From contig NW_024704742.1 of assembly GCF_018977255.1 (NCBI RefSeq), positions 116,934,001 through 116,998,000 on the forward strand: a stretch of 64,000 nt of DNA, read 5' to 3'. Below the pieces are notes generated by a model. That model searched no databases, was not told the origin of the DNA, and saw nothing but the letters and a program-made list of their open reading frames with translations. Numbering within the stretch: position 1 is the first letter of the stretch; each line of letters begins with the position of its first letter. The stretch comes from Callorhinchus milii (lineage: Eukaryota). Made by a program: the position numbers and the translations under genes. This document shows positions 39,789-53,504 of the stretch, one piece after another.

Positions 39789-41555
39789 CTGGAAATTAAT
39801 GCAAGACATGTGAACTTGACAAAACTTGTTTCAGAAGCAAATGCAAGTAGCACTTTCATTTTAAAAGCACCGACATTGGTGAATGCAATTTAGCGTTCAG
39901 CTACTAGAATAACCTCACAAACTTTACAACATAAATGTAATTTCTGTATATTATCAATGTAGGCACTGAGAACAAAGATACCAATATTTTGCTGCTTTGT
40001 CATAATATATTGTTCAACACTTGACTTTGTGTGAAGGGAAATAAGTATAAGCACTTTACTGAGACTGAACTCAATTTTATATATAAAACAGTTACAGCCT
40101 GAGGTTGATGTTAGGATTTACCATACAATGATTATTGTTAGAAGTAAGTATTAGTTACATATAGCTTATTCTGCACTACTGTTAAGAAGGTTCCAAAGGT
40201 CAAGATGCTCATTAAATAGTTATCCTTTAATGTTTAAAAGATAAGATTAAATAAATCGCTTGAAAACCCTATTCAATGCAGTAAAACCTCAATTTAATGT
40301 ATAACAATTTATCAGCAGTGGGACCTACAGTTTTTATCAGTGTGATGTCAAACAGCAATAACAATGGAATTATTTGACATCAATAGGCCGTCACAAGACG
40401 ATCCTATTGATTACAGTACTTTGTGAAGGAAACCTGGGCATACACCTTCATTTCAAGGATCCTTAAGTCAATTTTTTTCTACCTGAATGTAAATACGACT
40501 GCTGTGTACTAAGTAGTTTGAAAATTCCTAGGAATTTTTATTTAAAAAAATCACAATCTGGAAAAATATCAGTAATTTTCAGATCGTGTTTTACTTTCAA
40601 TGGAAAATTGGATGTAGGGGTCAGGAAGAGATCATTTTCCAGAAGAAAATCAGTGAGGTGAAGATTTACAAGTTGGGAATTCCAGCCCTTTCAACAGGTC
40701 TTCAAAGCACTTCATTGAAAAAAANTGTTGCAAGTGCGACCTTTGGTGGCAGAATGATGCAACTACACATTGAATATGAGGCAGTATATTTCAAAGTGCA
40801 GATTTAAACGTGAATACATAATTAACATTTTTCAACGTGAAGTTGAAAGTAACAAGTTAAAAGTTGAAGTTGAAAGTACTGGAAGTAACAAGAATCAATA
40901 TGACGTCATTGCTGCCAACAATTAAATTATTCAACATCAGTCACAGTAAGTTATCAGTTTTATTATATTTGGGGAACAAGCTAGAGTACCATGTCAATAA
41001 AACAACTGTATGGTTTACTAGTTTCATAAGACATTATGATCATCCATTCCAGTCAACCTTTCCTTTTCCCTGGAAATTTGCTCATGTACCCATGTAACAT
41101 GAAATTACCCCATTTTCCCTTACAATTTACCTTATAAATGGATGGAATAACATTTTTTTTTAGAATGAATTCTTGAAAAAAGGTTTTCAAACAACCTAAC
41201 AAATCATTATCTCCTCTCGTTTTTTACTGCTTCATTAATTTTTCTTCAGCTATTGACATTTTTGGCTTCACCATAGGATCTGATATTGCAATTTGGTGGT
41301 CCAATGATTTGCACCATTATTGTGCTCAATAATGTAACTGAAGGTTTTCAGCTATTCCGCCCTTGCTTTCTGGAATTCCTGAATCCGTCTGTCTGGCCCC
41401 CCCCACTTTTAAAGTCCACCTCTTTAACCACACCCTCATCTTTCCCCATTTCACCCCTCCGCTTAGTTGCAGCCTTTTGAAATGCCCCCAAATGCGAATG
41501 ACAATATATATAAAAATAAACTGTAATGGATTATGAAGTTAAACGTGGCACATAC

Positions 41556-41686
41556 CATTTGGTCACATGCATCTACATTTCCAGGAACAGGATAAACTGA
41601 AGTTGCAGGTTGCTTGGATGCTAAAAAGGCAGTCAAAGCACTGGGGTCTAGATCATCTTTTCGAGTTACAGGCTGTGTTCTGTTTT
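41556..41686 (-). CDS. POC5: POC5 exon ENRTQPVTRKDDLDPSALTAFLASKQPATSVYPVPGNVDACDQM
   Basis: atgcag|AA...ATG|gtatgt; 131 nt, phase 1-0 fits neighbours; LDPSA motif. Confidence 0.82.
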
Positions 41687-41958
41687 CTGCATTTTAATAA
41701 AAACATATTAGATACGCATGGGTGAAACCTTTGTTCAACTTTATTTTTCCAAAATGTGTAGGATTTATATAAGAGGCTTGTTTTAAAACTCACTCTCAAT
41801 GAAAATCTTGTATAATGCTGGGAAGTCATTTATTGGGAGTTTTGTTTATGAATTGTACACTATTGCCTTCGTTTAAGCACTTAGGAAGCATTTTAAAGAA
41901 AACAAATCACGAAAAATTTAAATCCTAACAATTCAAGCAATGAATGAATTCAAGCAAT

Positions 41959-43025
41959 AAAGTTTGTCCCTTTAATCCATAGAATACACCACCTCAACAT
42001 TTGAATCTCAAAACAGATGAGAACAAGCCAGATGCAGCCTGAAATGAAGTCAGTTCACATATCTGAAAGGCACTGGATGTAGCTTGGTCTGTAACGAGTA
42101 CTTTGCAAAGTGTATAATTACGATGACTGGTTAAAATGACGCTCCTTGCATGATATGACCTCTGGAGGAGGTTTCAAAACATGTCACGGGATATAGTAAA
42201 AGTGTAGCGACAAATACACTAGTAATTTGTAGACAAACTAGATATTTATTGCACGAATCATTACCAAGGTGCTCACAAAAATTACAGTACACTTGGCAAA
42301 GCCCACAAAGTAAAATGCAATTTCAAATGGAACCACATTTTAACAAGTTTATTCATAAGGACATTACAGTTGATATCTTCAGATTACATTTTTAGTGAAT
42401 ATTCTTCGAAATATTATTATATCAGAAATTGAAATAAAACCATCTTCTCAAGCATGACAAAATGGTGCAACAAGATTTCTGGGCACAACTGGAATTTTTT
42501 ACGATGAATATTTCTTCATTTTATGGGAAAGTATGTAGGCACTACCCCATCCCTTTAAATACACATTTTATATCTGGTGATCTTTCGCAGCAGTTTATAA
42601 CTTATTGTGATGTAAAGCCTCAGGTTTTTCTCCTCTGGTTCTATCTGAAATTATATTTACCTTATGGACTTTGAATATTACTGTAATTGTTATGAGCACT
42701 TTGACAAACTGTGCAGAGGTACAGCTCTTGGGTCATTAAACACGAGTGTAACACTAGAACACAATTTCTGAAAAGTGGCCTTAAGATCCAAGATCTGAAT
42801 TTCCCTACATGTGGAATATAAACTAGAAAACTTTTGAAATGTCCACATTGAAAGTTTGTCCCTTTAATCCATATCTAGAATACACCACCTCAGCATTTGA
42901 ATCTCAAAACAGATGAGAACTAGCCAGATGCAGCCTGAAATGAAGTCAGTTCACATATCTGAAAGGCACTGGATGTAGCTTGGTCTGTAACGAGTACTTT
43001 GCAAAGTGTATAATTACAATGACTG
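41959..43025. repeat. Pair of near-identical direct repeats of about 171-175 bp (41959-42129 and 42851-43025)
   Basis: Differ only by one 4-nt indel and 3 substitutions. Confidence 0.95.
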
Positions 43026-44869
43026 CCATCATCCCTATTATCTGTAGATTCTACTGTATCACTTTCAGCGCTGGTAAATGGGACAAACTGCAACATCGAC
43101 TAATCAGGTGGAGAAAACCAAAGAAGCAGGAACAGCATACTCTTTTGTTCCAGAGATGTTTAGTTGACTAGATATCCTTTGAAAATGGGGAGGAAAAACT
43201 TGGTTGTTCTGCTGCGAGTGTTTGGAAATTTACTGATGCCTAAAACAGCACAGTCCCCCACATACGTATCTTTGTCTGTCAACCGTGGTTCATGCAAAAA
43301 GTGCTGGTGGCTGAGTGTACTAGGTCCAGTGCCCTTGAGTTATGAGCAGAAAATGGAATATTACACTGCTCTGGGCCAGTTGATTCTCAACACTTTTTAA
43401 AAGAGCAAATCTTCCTCTGCTTAGTATTTGGAGAAGGAAAAATCTGTGGAGCCCTGAGGGCACCAGTCATAGCACCAAGTGCCTTAAGTGATGTCAGTCT
43501 CCTATCCCACTCAATGCATTCATCTGCCTGGAATAACACTGCAACTTATTCTGGGAGACTCTTCTATGCTCTCAAAAGTAGACTGCTAATGTTGGTTCCT
43601 AATGGGAGGCTCCATAAGAGCTCGGGAAGAATGAAGTTCAACTCCTGCACCTACCTATTCAGTGGGGTGAGGGGAGAAAGAAGAAAAAATGCTACTTTTT
43701 AATGTTCAAAACAATTAAAAACAACTAGTTGTTCTCTCTCGGAACTGGAGCACAAGCAAGTCTTAAACTGATTGCCAAGGTCTGCTATTAAGCTAACAAG
43801 AATTTAGATAATCTTGAAGCCAGGATTTTTTTTCAATGCTTAGGTAGATTTTGCAAGCCCTAGAGCAGTTTTGAACAAACCTGGCACATAAACTTGACTG
43901 GAAATCATAAATGGTACTGAGGAGCAACATAATGTCTTCAGGCACCAGAAAGCTTTGGTATATTCTGAGCAAAAGTTTCATATGTTGAAATAATGCACAT
44001 ATCAGGAGTCTTAAGTCTAAAAGATTAAAACAGTCAAAGACGTTTTTGGTTTCTTTTTTTGAAATCTGGAATCGGGATGAAACGGTGCTGGACCGGAAGT
44101 CCAACCTGAAGGTTAAAATCATCTGTGAATTGTGCTGAAGGCCAACTTTAGTTCTCTTTGCAGCTTGAGGAATTGAGTTATGAAATCTCAGCAGCAAACA
44201 CACTCCAGAAAAAGCTTCTATCTTGACAACAGATCGGGGGACAGTCTCCAGCTAACTTTCCTGTACAGATTTTTTTATTTTTTCCATTTCGTCCATAAAA
44301 TATATAGTCAATTCACTTTACTGTAAATTCTGTGAAGAACTTTGTGACCTCTCAACAACATGATAAATGCAAGGATTATTATTATACAAAAGACAAATGC
44401 TTTCATATCCCTGATCTATTTCCACTCTCCCAATTTGTTCTAATGTCTCAATTATTTTAGGGATAAAGTTCTATAGACCACTTCTCCAATACTATATTAT
44501 CATAGTTACAAATCATTCATTTACTTTTTCCATTTAAGGTTTCTAAGATTGGTATTGGTTGTTTATTTTGTATTAGACATATGTAACAGAGTTTCTTTAG
44601 AAACTACAGTTAATTATAGAGCCTCTGATCCTTCTAGATACAATTACCATTTGCTATGAGAACTATACAAATGGTAAATAGCAAAAAAAAGGAACCACGA
44701 ATATCTTGATATTTTAGGATAAAATGATTATATAAAAATGGCGTAAGCAGGTTTCGGTTTATTTGAAATCCAAAATACCAATATTTTGGTTCATCAGATG
44801 TCAGGTTAGTCTCGTTGCAAAGAATATTTTCTGCAATTTTCATCAACACGTTTTCCTACGAGTACTGAC

Positions 44870-45032
44870 CGTTCTCCACTCTTCGGTCTCCATTCTGAAA
44901 CATATTCATCGCCTCCAGGTTCAGAGCGCATACACCTCGCATGAACGCTTTTTTCATAGAATCAGCATACTTATCCTTGTCACCCAACAGACGGTCTATC
45001 TCTGCTTTTGATTTTTCCAGCTCCTCATTCAA
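44870..45032 (-). CDS. POC5: POC5 exon [54 protein letters not shown]
   Basis: tttcag|TTG...G|gtcagt; 163 nt, phase 0-1; conserved POC5 box. Confidence 0.97.
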
Positions 45033-46587
45033 CTGAAATGATATAATAAAACGAATAGAGAACAAAATAGCAGGATTATGATTTTCAACTGCAGAATGAC
45101 TGTATTCACATTGTATAAGTATATTTGTGGTGCAATTGAAGGTGTAACTGAATGTCAATTACATTTTATTATGCTAATTCTTAATTCTAGTTTTTCAGTA
45201 AATTTCTACTCTTTAATTAGATTTAGATTTTCTGAAACATTTAACATACAAAATGATTGTGTGGTGCACTTGCAGTTTATATATATTTTATAGATTCACT
45301 TGTATTTTATGTTTGTATACATTATGAATAGTATAAATTCAAGATAAAATTATCGCTCACTGGTTTTATGTCATTTTCCGTGCCAGCTCTGTATTTCCTA
45401 CACGTTCGTTATATTATATCCAGTGAAATATGCTTTGGGAATCCCCAAATGCAAGGATTACTATTATTACAGCTACATCCCTTTAATTTATGTGTCAGAT
45501 AAACCTAAATTAAAATCCATATATTTTCTTGGAGAATCTTGGCTGCTAGGGATATCAGACAGCTTCTAAAATCTGCCATGAGTAGTTTCCCTTCTTCCAG
45601 CCATTTGACATGGAGCCATATAGCCATGGGAAGGATACAAATATCAACATTAGTATTATAGCATGAGAATACAACTGCAGATTGGTAAATTAAATTTAAT
45701 ATGTTCACTTACAATATTCCAGGATCTTGCACTTTAAGTTAAGGAGCATAGTAGAACATACAAGTCAAATAATGTTTAAGACATGGGGAATAACTCACAC
45801 AGTTGAAATGCAATAAATTAGTGACCCATTACTCTTTTAAAGAGTATGGCAGATTTCCCTTTAGCAGATTAAGAGTTGACTATCTAGATTGTGTGCACCA
45901 GCTCCAAGATCATTGTAAAAATTAATAAGGGAAGTATGATTATTCACTGTCACCTATTTGGTTTGATTTCTTTATTTAAAAAATGGCACTATTCATATGA
46001 AGGGAATATCTCCCAGTGACCTAACCAACAATCTTCCAGATACAATTGGTCATTCGTTTCATGGCTTGTGGGGACATTGCTGTGTGAAAATGGACTGATG
46101 CATTTGCCTACAAATACAGTTACTATACTTTACAGTAAATCTGGTGAAGTGCTTTGAGATGGCTTAACCATGTGATGAGACATTATATAAAGTGCAAAGA
46201 TTATTAAAACAATAATAAGTGTTTGATAACATTGAGTCACAGAATGTGTTCCAGCCATTTCTGATGCTTGAAATTGCTGATGGGTTAATGTGTTGAACGT
46301 TGGTTCCACTGGCTGGAACATTGGCTCAAGGTGGGCTTTTGTTTCACCCACAAAATGTAGTCAGTTCACTTTACAGTATATGCTGTGAAGCGCTTTGAGA
46401 CATCTCAAAGACGTGATAAGGTGTTATATCAAATGCAAGGATTATTATTATTATTATAATAAGAGAGAATGTTGAAAGCATTGAATAGAAGATACCAATT
46501 TAAAAAAAACTTTGCATGTCTATTTGCTTATTTTTCCAGAAGTTTATGTTTAGTTGTTTCTACAGAAGCAGTTTTACTTGAACCCAC

Positions 46588-46767
46588 CTTTTTAAATTTT
46601 GCTTCATAGTCTGTTGACAGTTGGACGCAGACCTCCTCAGCCCTAGCCTGGCATGCCTTTTCTGCCCTCTCTTTCCATTGCGCGAGGGTTTCGAATTTCC
46701 AGGCTGTACACACTTTTCTCATCAGACACATTTTGTAGTGTTTGTCTGCCAATGCATTTCCATAACA
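46588..46767 (-). CDS. POC5: POC5 exon CYGNALADKHYKMCLMRKVCTAWK...CQARAEEVCVQLSTDYEAKFKK
   Basis: ccttcaag|TGT...AAG|gtggg; 180 nt, phase 0-0; Sfi1-like centrin-binding repeat region. Confidence 0.95.
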
Positions 46768-48682
46768 CTTGAAGGGAAAATGTGTTATTACTTATTAATG
46801 TACCAAGAATAGCAAGATTAAAAAGCATAGGTTAAATAAGACTAGACATCGAATCATCCAACTACTTCTCTTCGATTCTCTAAAATAAAATCATAATAAT
46901 AGAACATATTTAATGTTCCTTTTGTCAAGCTTAATATACTTTTCTTCAGGTTAGTTGTGACAAGCAGGATATAAAAACACATTTGTGGTGTAAAATTACC
47001 TCTTCACAAATTTTATAGTGTTCTCGGAATACATTAGAATGCAAATTGTGCACTTTAGCTTTAACCTTTTGACTTCCCACCTTATGCAACATTTTTAAAA
47101 TCTTCTTATACCATTTCCACTTTTAATTCCTTTGTTTCTCCTATTTTTTACTCTTTCCTCTAACTTGGTTAGAGCAGTTAATGTCACATAATTCAACATC
47201 AAATTGGGAGACCAAATGCAGATAATGCCATTCCTTTTACGTGCAGCATTTCGTCAGGCCCCAATTGATTTTCATTTCATTGCAGATAATCTGATTAATG
47301 GGATTAATTTCAAAACAGATTTCCTAATTAACTAGCTTCAACTGTATTAAAAATTAATAGTGGGAAAGTTATATCAGCCAGAAAGAATGACTTTCCAACA
47401 TTGGTTTACTAGAAAAAGCTGCAAGTAATGCAAGAATTTTTCTTCTTCCATCCTTAAGCTTTCATTTTCTCTGCTGTAAAGACATCATCCGTGCGTGAGA
47501 ATAGCTACTTACAAACACTGGCTGGCCAAACTAATGGGGGTCTGGCAAGCTGGAATTTCCAGCCGAGTGTAATTACAATGCCGGTACCAGCATTTACAGG
47601 CTTTTTTCAGTGCTGAAAAATGCTGGAACTGGCATTATAATTGTTTGAATAAGCTATCTTCTGTTAGTGGGATTCAAACTGAGTCAAAGTCAATATCACT
47701 GGCCACTAAAGGCTACATGCGCACTGTCCCATGGATTTGTTTAATTTTTCTATTTTGTTCCCTGTTCAGCTTGGTCTGAATTACCGCAGTCCATCCGGTG
47801 GGGGGATTTTACTGTATTTATAAATGCAAAGGTTATTTTAATAATAATTAGGATGAAAACTGCAACAGATTCTGAACACAAATTACAACCAATCCAAGAC
47901 TTGACAAGCTGAACCTATGGATAGCATTTTAAAATAACAATTTAATAACTTGAAAAGGTGATGTCTAAAAATATGATTTGAAGTTGAATAAGGATAATGA
48001 TTGCAATTATTTTTGTACTGAATTTTAGTTTTTTTTTACTGTGGCTTTATTGGTCTTACATAACAAACACTTTAATGTGGATGAAATTTGAGCGTTCAAG
48101 ACATCAATGTCAAATTAATCAGCATTTCAGACAGAATGATTGGTAATTTCTAAAAAAAAGTGGAAATACATAGTATTTATTTGTGTTTAGTCTGTTTGAA
48201 TTAAATAGGCACCTCTAGCAAAGAAGCACATCCCTGGCACTGCATTGGAGTGTCAGCCTAGACTACACAAGTTCTAAGTTCTCAGGGGCTTGAACCCTTA
48301 AGATCGGTTGAAGAGAAGCCTTGAAAATAAACAATAGCTAAAATCAGACCCAATTACTGTCACTAAACAGACATCAATAACATTGGTGGGCCAGAAGCTG
48401 ATAGTATTTCCACATCTATTTTTATTGGTAAGCACAAAATCACACTTGTTACTATTTGCAGGCAATGCTAATTTAACGAGCTGATTAGTAGCAGCGATGA
48501 ATATCAGTTGCTGATATTTTTCAAATCAAATAAATTAGCTGGGATTTTGTTTTACTGTTATGTACACCAAAGGAGACAGAATTTGTCAATAGACTACACA
48601 ACAAGAAAGAATCAGCAACAAACAGTTCACCCGCAGTTATAATGAAGCCACATCAATTTCTCAATTCTTTCCCAACACATAC

Positions 48683-48787
48683 TTCTACTTTTGTTTCTGA
48701 AAGCTGAAGTCTCCAATGTGTAAATCTACGCATCAATTCCATCTTTTCCTTCAAACTATTAATTCCTTGGATCAAGTTAGAGATCAC
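48683..48787 (-). CDS. POC5: POC5 exon VISNLIQGINSLKEKMELMRRFTHWRLQLSETKVE
   Basis: cacacag|GTG...GAA|gtatgt; 105 nt; ELMR.F.HWR motif. Confidence 0.95.
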
Positions 48788-50201
48788 CTGTGTGAACATA
48801 TAAAGAATATACCAGTTTGTTAATTGACTCCACTTCTGCAGATTAACATATTTTCAGCTGGAATAACATTTTGCCTAGTTTACAATGATTTTTGTTTGCA
48901 CGTTCATGTTCAAAGTGCATGTTCAACATGCAGGTGGGTTCTGAATATTGAATTATATGTTATAATTGTAATAATTTTATAGTGTTGGTATATTAAACAA
49001 TGACTTATAGCAAGCATTAAAAAACTACCTTTAAAAGATTTTGTAAAGATAACCTTTGTAAAGATAACCTGATTGAAAAATTAGCCAATGCTGTAAACAA
49101 ATCACCTCAATTCCTCTGCCTTACCCATTTTCCAATCACATCTAAAAATCATCCTCTTTCACCGTGTCTATGGTCACCTCCCCTTTCCCTGACTTGGCAT
49201 CAAACGCACCAGTTAAGCACACCGAGATGCTACCGGTGTGGACAGAGCTATATAAATGCAAGTTTTTGTTATATCTATATAATCCTTCATGCAGGGCCGT
49301 GTTTTAAAACACTTCTCAGTGGTGAAGCTTGACGCCACGTCAGGTAGAGAGAGGAGGTGACAGCTGGCATAGTCAAAGAGAAGGTCTTCAGGTTTGATCT
49401 GATTATCCGGTATATTGATGAGAATTATCCAAACATCAATATACAAAAATGAATATTTGATATCAGCCTTTCATAACTACTTTCAATAATCATCTGAATA
49501 GCGCAATCATCTCAGTGACAAGCTTTTTGGTTAACTCTTGAAAGCAGATATACAGCACTATATTTCTATTGCTGAGATAGTTCTCCGATTATAAGAAAGG
49601 GTTTGCACAGGAACTATTTTATCATTTTCAACATCTTAATGTAGATACATCAGAGTCAGAGATACTCTTGTTCCTATATCAAAGCTCATACTTTGAAAAG
49701 GCCAAATCCATCCCATGTGAAATCATAATTTGGTCAATAGAATTCATATATTGGTTTTATACAAACCCCATATCCCCAATGTCTAGGAAAAGCCTTAAAA
49801 AAGTATGGGCTATGTTTGAAACAATGTTCTGAGGTGGGCTGATTAATACCTTAATCTATCCCTAATCTTGAGTATGGTTTCCTGGGAGATTTGGTCCATC
49901 CTGTGTACACAACTGCAAGGCGATCCCTGTGTGTTGTTAAAAATCTTTAAAAATTATACCAGATGCACAACTTTTTTTCATTGAAACAAAAAATAGTAGT
50001 GCTTTGATCAGCAATAGATTCACTACCTTAAAAATGTCCTTTCTATAGGAATTCCAGGATGCAAACAGTAATTGTTACCTTACTAATGCGATAACGTACT
50101 GCACCTAACATGCTCCATTGTCTCAATGTGATCTTTTTATTTCCCAAATAGCCACAAGTCCACACCGTTTTTAAATTTCCTCCCCATAGCAATTACTGTA
50201 C

Positions 50202-50378
50202 CTCCTCCTTCCTTTCGACTGAAGTTTCGTTGGTACAAGCTAAGTCTTTCATACTCTTAAGCTGACTGTCCATTTGAGCAATCTGAACTTCATGTTTCTC
50301 CTTTTCGTCTTTTAATTCCTTTTCATGCCGCTCAATAATTGTGACTCTCCAGTTGTGTAGTTCAGTTAGAATATTACT
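50202..50378 (-). CDS. POC5: POC5 exon SNILTELHNWRVTIIERHEKELKDEKEKHEVQ...TSVERKEE
   Basis: tttttaaag|AGT...GAG|gtacag; 177 nt, phase 0-0; coiled coil. Confidence 0.93.
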
Positions 50379-51243
50379 CTTTAAAAAGAAAAATTGCATG
50401 AGCATTGACTTCAGTAATATAAGAAATTTGGTTAAGAGAATGTACAAAGCAAAAGTTTACTTCCTACAATTTCCAATATATTTTTCAAAAAAATAAGCAT
50501 TACTTATACAAAATACATTTACATTGAGCCAAGTTGTTACAGCACTCAGCTTTTGAAGATGGGCAAGGAGATGTTCTGAAAATTAAAATGGTAAGTGCAA
50601 CGTACATATCCAGCTAGCCCAGGTAAAGAAATTCCATCCGAGTCTAGATTTACTCTACCTACTCTGTTGCAATCCAGACCATCTAAAATGTGAAATGCTT
50701 AAGCACATTTTTTAAAACAATTTTTATTTTTTTTAAAGAAAACAAGCCTATGATCTAAAGAAAATGAAGCAAAAGTCACTCATACATCAGGAGATTTAAT
50801 ATGCTAGTAATGGTAAAGATTCCTCATTGCCTTATGGCAAAGCAAGGTTATATGTAAAAATGTCATTAAAAATCTGTCCAGTTTTTGATTATGTTCTAAT
50901 TGGCCACAATGGTTCCTTTGACATTTAAAACCAACTATTGGTCCAGTAAAAACAGCAGTTCACAACTTTGCATCATCCTTTTCTCCCTCCCCATTTGTTG
51001 AGCATTTCAAAAAAAACTAAATGTTAGGTTTGCAGATTCTCAGAGTTCTTGGAGCCAACGATATGAAGAAATTACAATACAATTCATGCAGAAATAATGG
51101 GATTACTGAAGCACCTCAGTTTATTAAGAATAATATTATTGATAACAGTCATTTCCTACCGTCTGCACTTCTCCAGTCATTACCTGGGATGGAATTCACA
51201 ATAGTGTATTGATAAGATACCCTCTTTAAGCAACTCCACTGAC

Positions 51244-51454
51244 CTTGAGATTGACACTGAAGCGGTCGAGTACAGCTTCTACCCTGTTCATGTCATCTTC
51301 AGCAACGGGTAATCGATTAATTACAGTCTTTGACATTTCAAGTTTGTTGGGTATTGAACATGTGAAGGAACGCTTTGAGAAAGAACAGGAGATTCTACAG
51401 GTGACCCTGCTTCCAAAAAAGATGGAATGGGTGCCCTTTGGGGATGTTCCTCTC
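51244..51454 (-). CDS. POC5: POC5 exon 5 ending ...LPVAEDDMNRVEAVLDRFSVNLK (5' boundary and frame uncertain)
   Basis: Donor AAG|gtcagt and the conserved E.VLD....LK end are clear. The best acceptor (ctctttgcag) gives 211 nt, one base out of phase with the upstream exons. Confidence 0.75.
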
Positions 51455-52470
51455 CTGCAAAGAGGATTAGCAGGTTGTTACTTGAAGATTAGATTTACCT
51501 ACATCAAAATGCAATTTTTAAAAAAAAAAACCAACTTCAATGATAAACATGGGTAACATTCCTTATAACACAACATCTATTTTACTGGTCAATTAAAATT
51601 GAAGCTCGTAAATAATTTTAAAAGATTAATAACAAACACTTAATAGAATAAAAAATTCACTCCACTTCCACTGGGGTTGCACAAACCAAATTACACTTAT
51701 AGAAGAAAATGACGCACACAGCTTGCTAAAAAAAAATTCATCTCAAGAGAATCCCACTAAATTCACTTATGCTTTATAAATACAATGACATCATAAATAT
51801 CAAACGCTTCACAATAGGGGCCATATATGGCCTTAGTGACTAGTCACTTGAGCACATCACAATGTAATACCAATCATCATAAGCTAAGCAGCATATAAAA
51901 CAATTCTGTTTCGCTTGGATCAACTTTGAACAGACAATCAGACTATCATAATTTACGTTCAAACAGCACTGCCATGTAATAGAAACATCTCAAAAGCATT
52001 TCACAAAATGAGATCAAGACTATTGTGGTGGCCACTAAAAGTTGAGAGCATGAGATGAGAGAACTAAGTCACGTAGCAGTTAATTGAAAACAACTTTCAT
52101 TTTTAAAGACTATAGATTATAGAAGGGAGGGATACTACGGGAGGTATAGTTCTTCAATTCCAAGAAAGAATCAGCTAGAGCAGGAGCCAGGTCAATGAGT
52201 TCTCATTACAACACTAAGTTCATTGGAAAGGAGGAAAATGTACAGAAACAATCATCAATGGAGAAGACATGAAAAGGTTGCTCTTAAATCTGCCTGCGAA
52301 TTCATGGGCACATTTGATTAATTTTGGTAAATTATACAGAGTAACCAAAACAATAAAAACACAATTTTCCCAGTGTTTTTTGAAGCATAAACTGACTCCC
52401 ACTGCTCCTAACTGGAAATAAACTCAAGGAGAAGTTCAGTTTGTTACAGATAATTACACCAATATTGTAC

Positions 52471-52593
52471 CTTCTAACAGATTTTCAGTTGCTTCTGAGT
52501 GAGGGCTTGCAGGAGCTTGTGTATTTGTGCATGGAGTCCTCAGCTGTCTTACAGTGCTTCCAAGTCTACACACATCATTCTGTGAAGATGAGC
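52471..52593 (-). CDS. POC5: Probable POC5 exon 4 GSSSQNDVCRLGSTVRQLRTPCTNTQAPASPHSEATENLLE
   Basis: ctctggacag|GC...G|gtacaa; 123 nt, phase 1-1, open frame; poorly conserved region. Confidence 0.65.
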
Positions 52594-52811
52594 CTGTCCA
52601 GAGGTGAACAACTATTCTTTAGTTAATTTCTACCATTAATTAAACTTCACTTAATCCACACTCCAGCTTTCTCCATCTCATATAGCTACAGCAACATTTC
52701 ATTTTCAGAAAAAAAGAGGCAATATGTTCTTTCCTGATTCTTGGCAATAAACTGCCTTCTACTTAACAGTTCTGCTTTCTTACTTAAGATGGGCAAACAT
52801 GTCCTGTAAGT

Positions 52812-53504
52812 CAGGGTTGTCCAATAAGTTAGCCACTAGCCACATGACAAATTGGGAAGCCAGATGTAGCAAAATTGCATTTTTGATTAGTAAATAAAGG
52901 ATGAGTAACAGATACTGTTATTAGGGATGTCATTTCAATTCTCACATTTGCATGGTGACTGCAGTGTGTACTTTCACCTTTTTGTATGTCTGTTGGTAAA
53001 TTGGTAAGATGAAAAGCAGCAATGTGCAAGTATTTTTTGATTGTTGTATGTTCTTTTCTTTCTTGGTTAGTTGCTAAAATGGTGTGTAACACGGGTGGAA
53101 AGGTCAGATTTCAGCCCCATAGAAACAGCAGCAATATTGTATGGAGACGGTAAGTGTCAATTCGACCAATTGGAATAACCGCTCCAGGCCAGCGGAATAA
53201 AAAAAGGCCAGCCAATGACAAGAAGCTCCAACAGGGCATTTCATGGCAAAGGGCAAGCAGCATCCAACCATGTTCTGAATGGAAAGCAGAGTGAGTCTGG
53301 AGTGTTTCGGGAAAGAAGAGTAAAGAGAAGACTGCCAAGTTTTGCACTGAATGGTGGTAGATGTTGGTTAAGTAAATATACATGTGAATTACATTTACTT
53401 ATATTGCGTGAGTGTATGTGAGGTGTTTTCTACTAAAATTAGTCCATGTGGCTACAATGGTGTCACAGTTGTGGCTAATCAGTGATTTCTATTGGACAAC
53501 ACTA
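52812..53504. mobile_element. Non-autonomous hAT (Charlie/MER3-MER33-like) element, 693 bp
   Basis: TIRs CAGGGTTGTCCAATA / TATTGGACAACACTA; 8-bp TSD CTGTAAGT / CTGGAAGT; subterminal AGCCAC/GTGGCT motifs. Confidence 0.82.
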
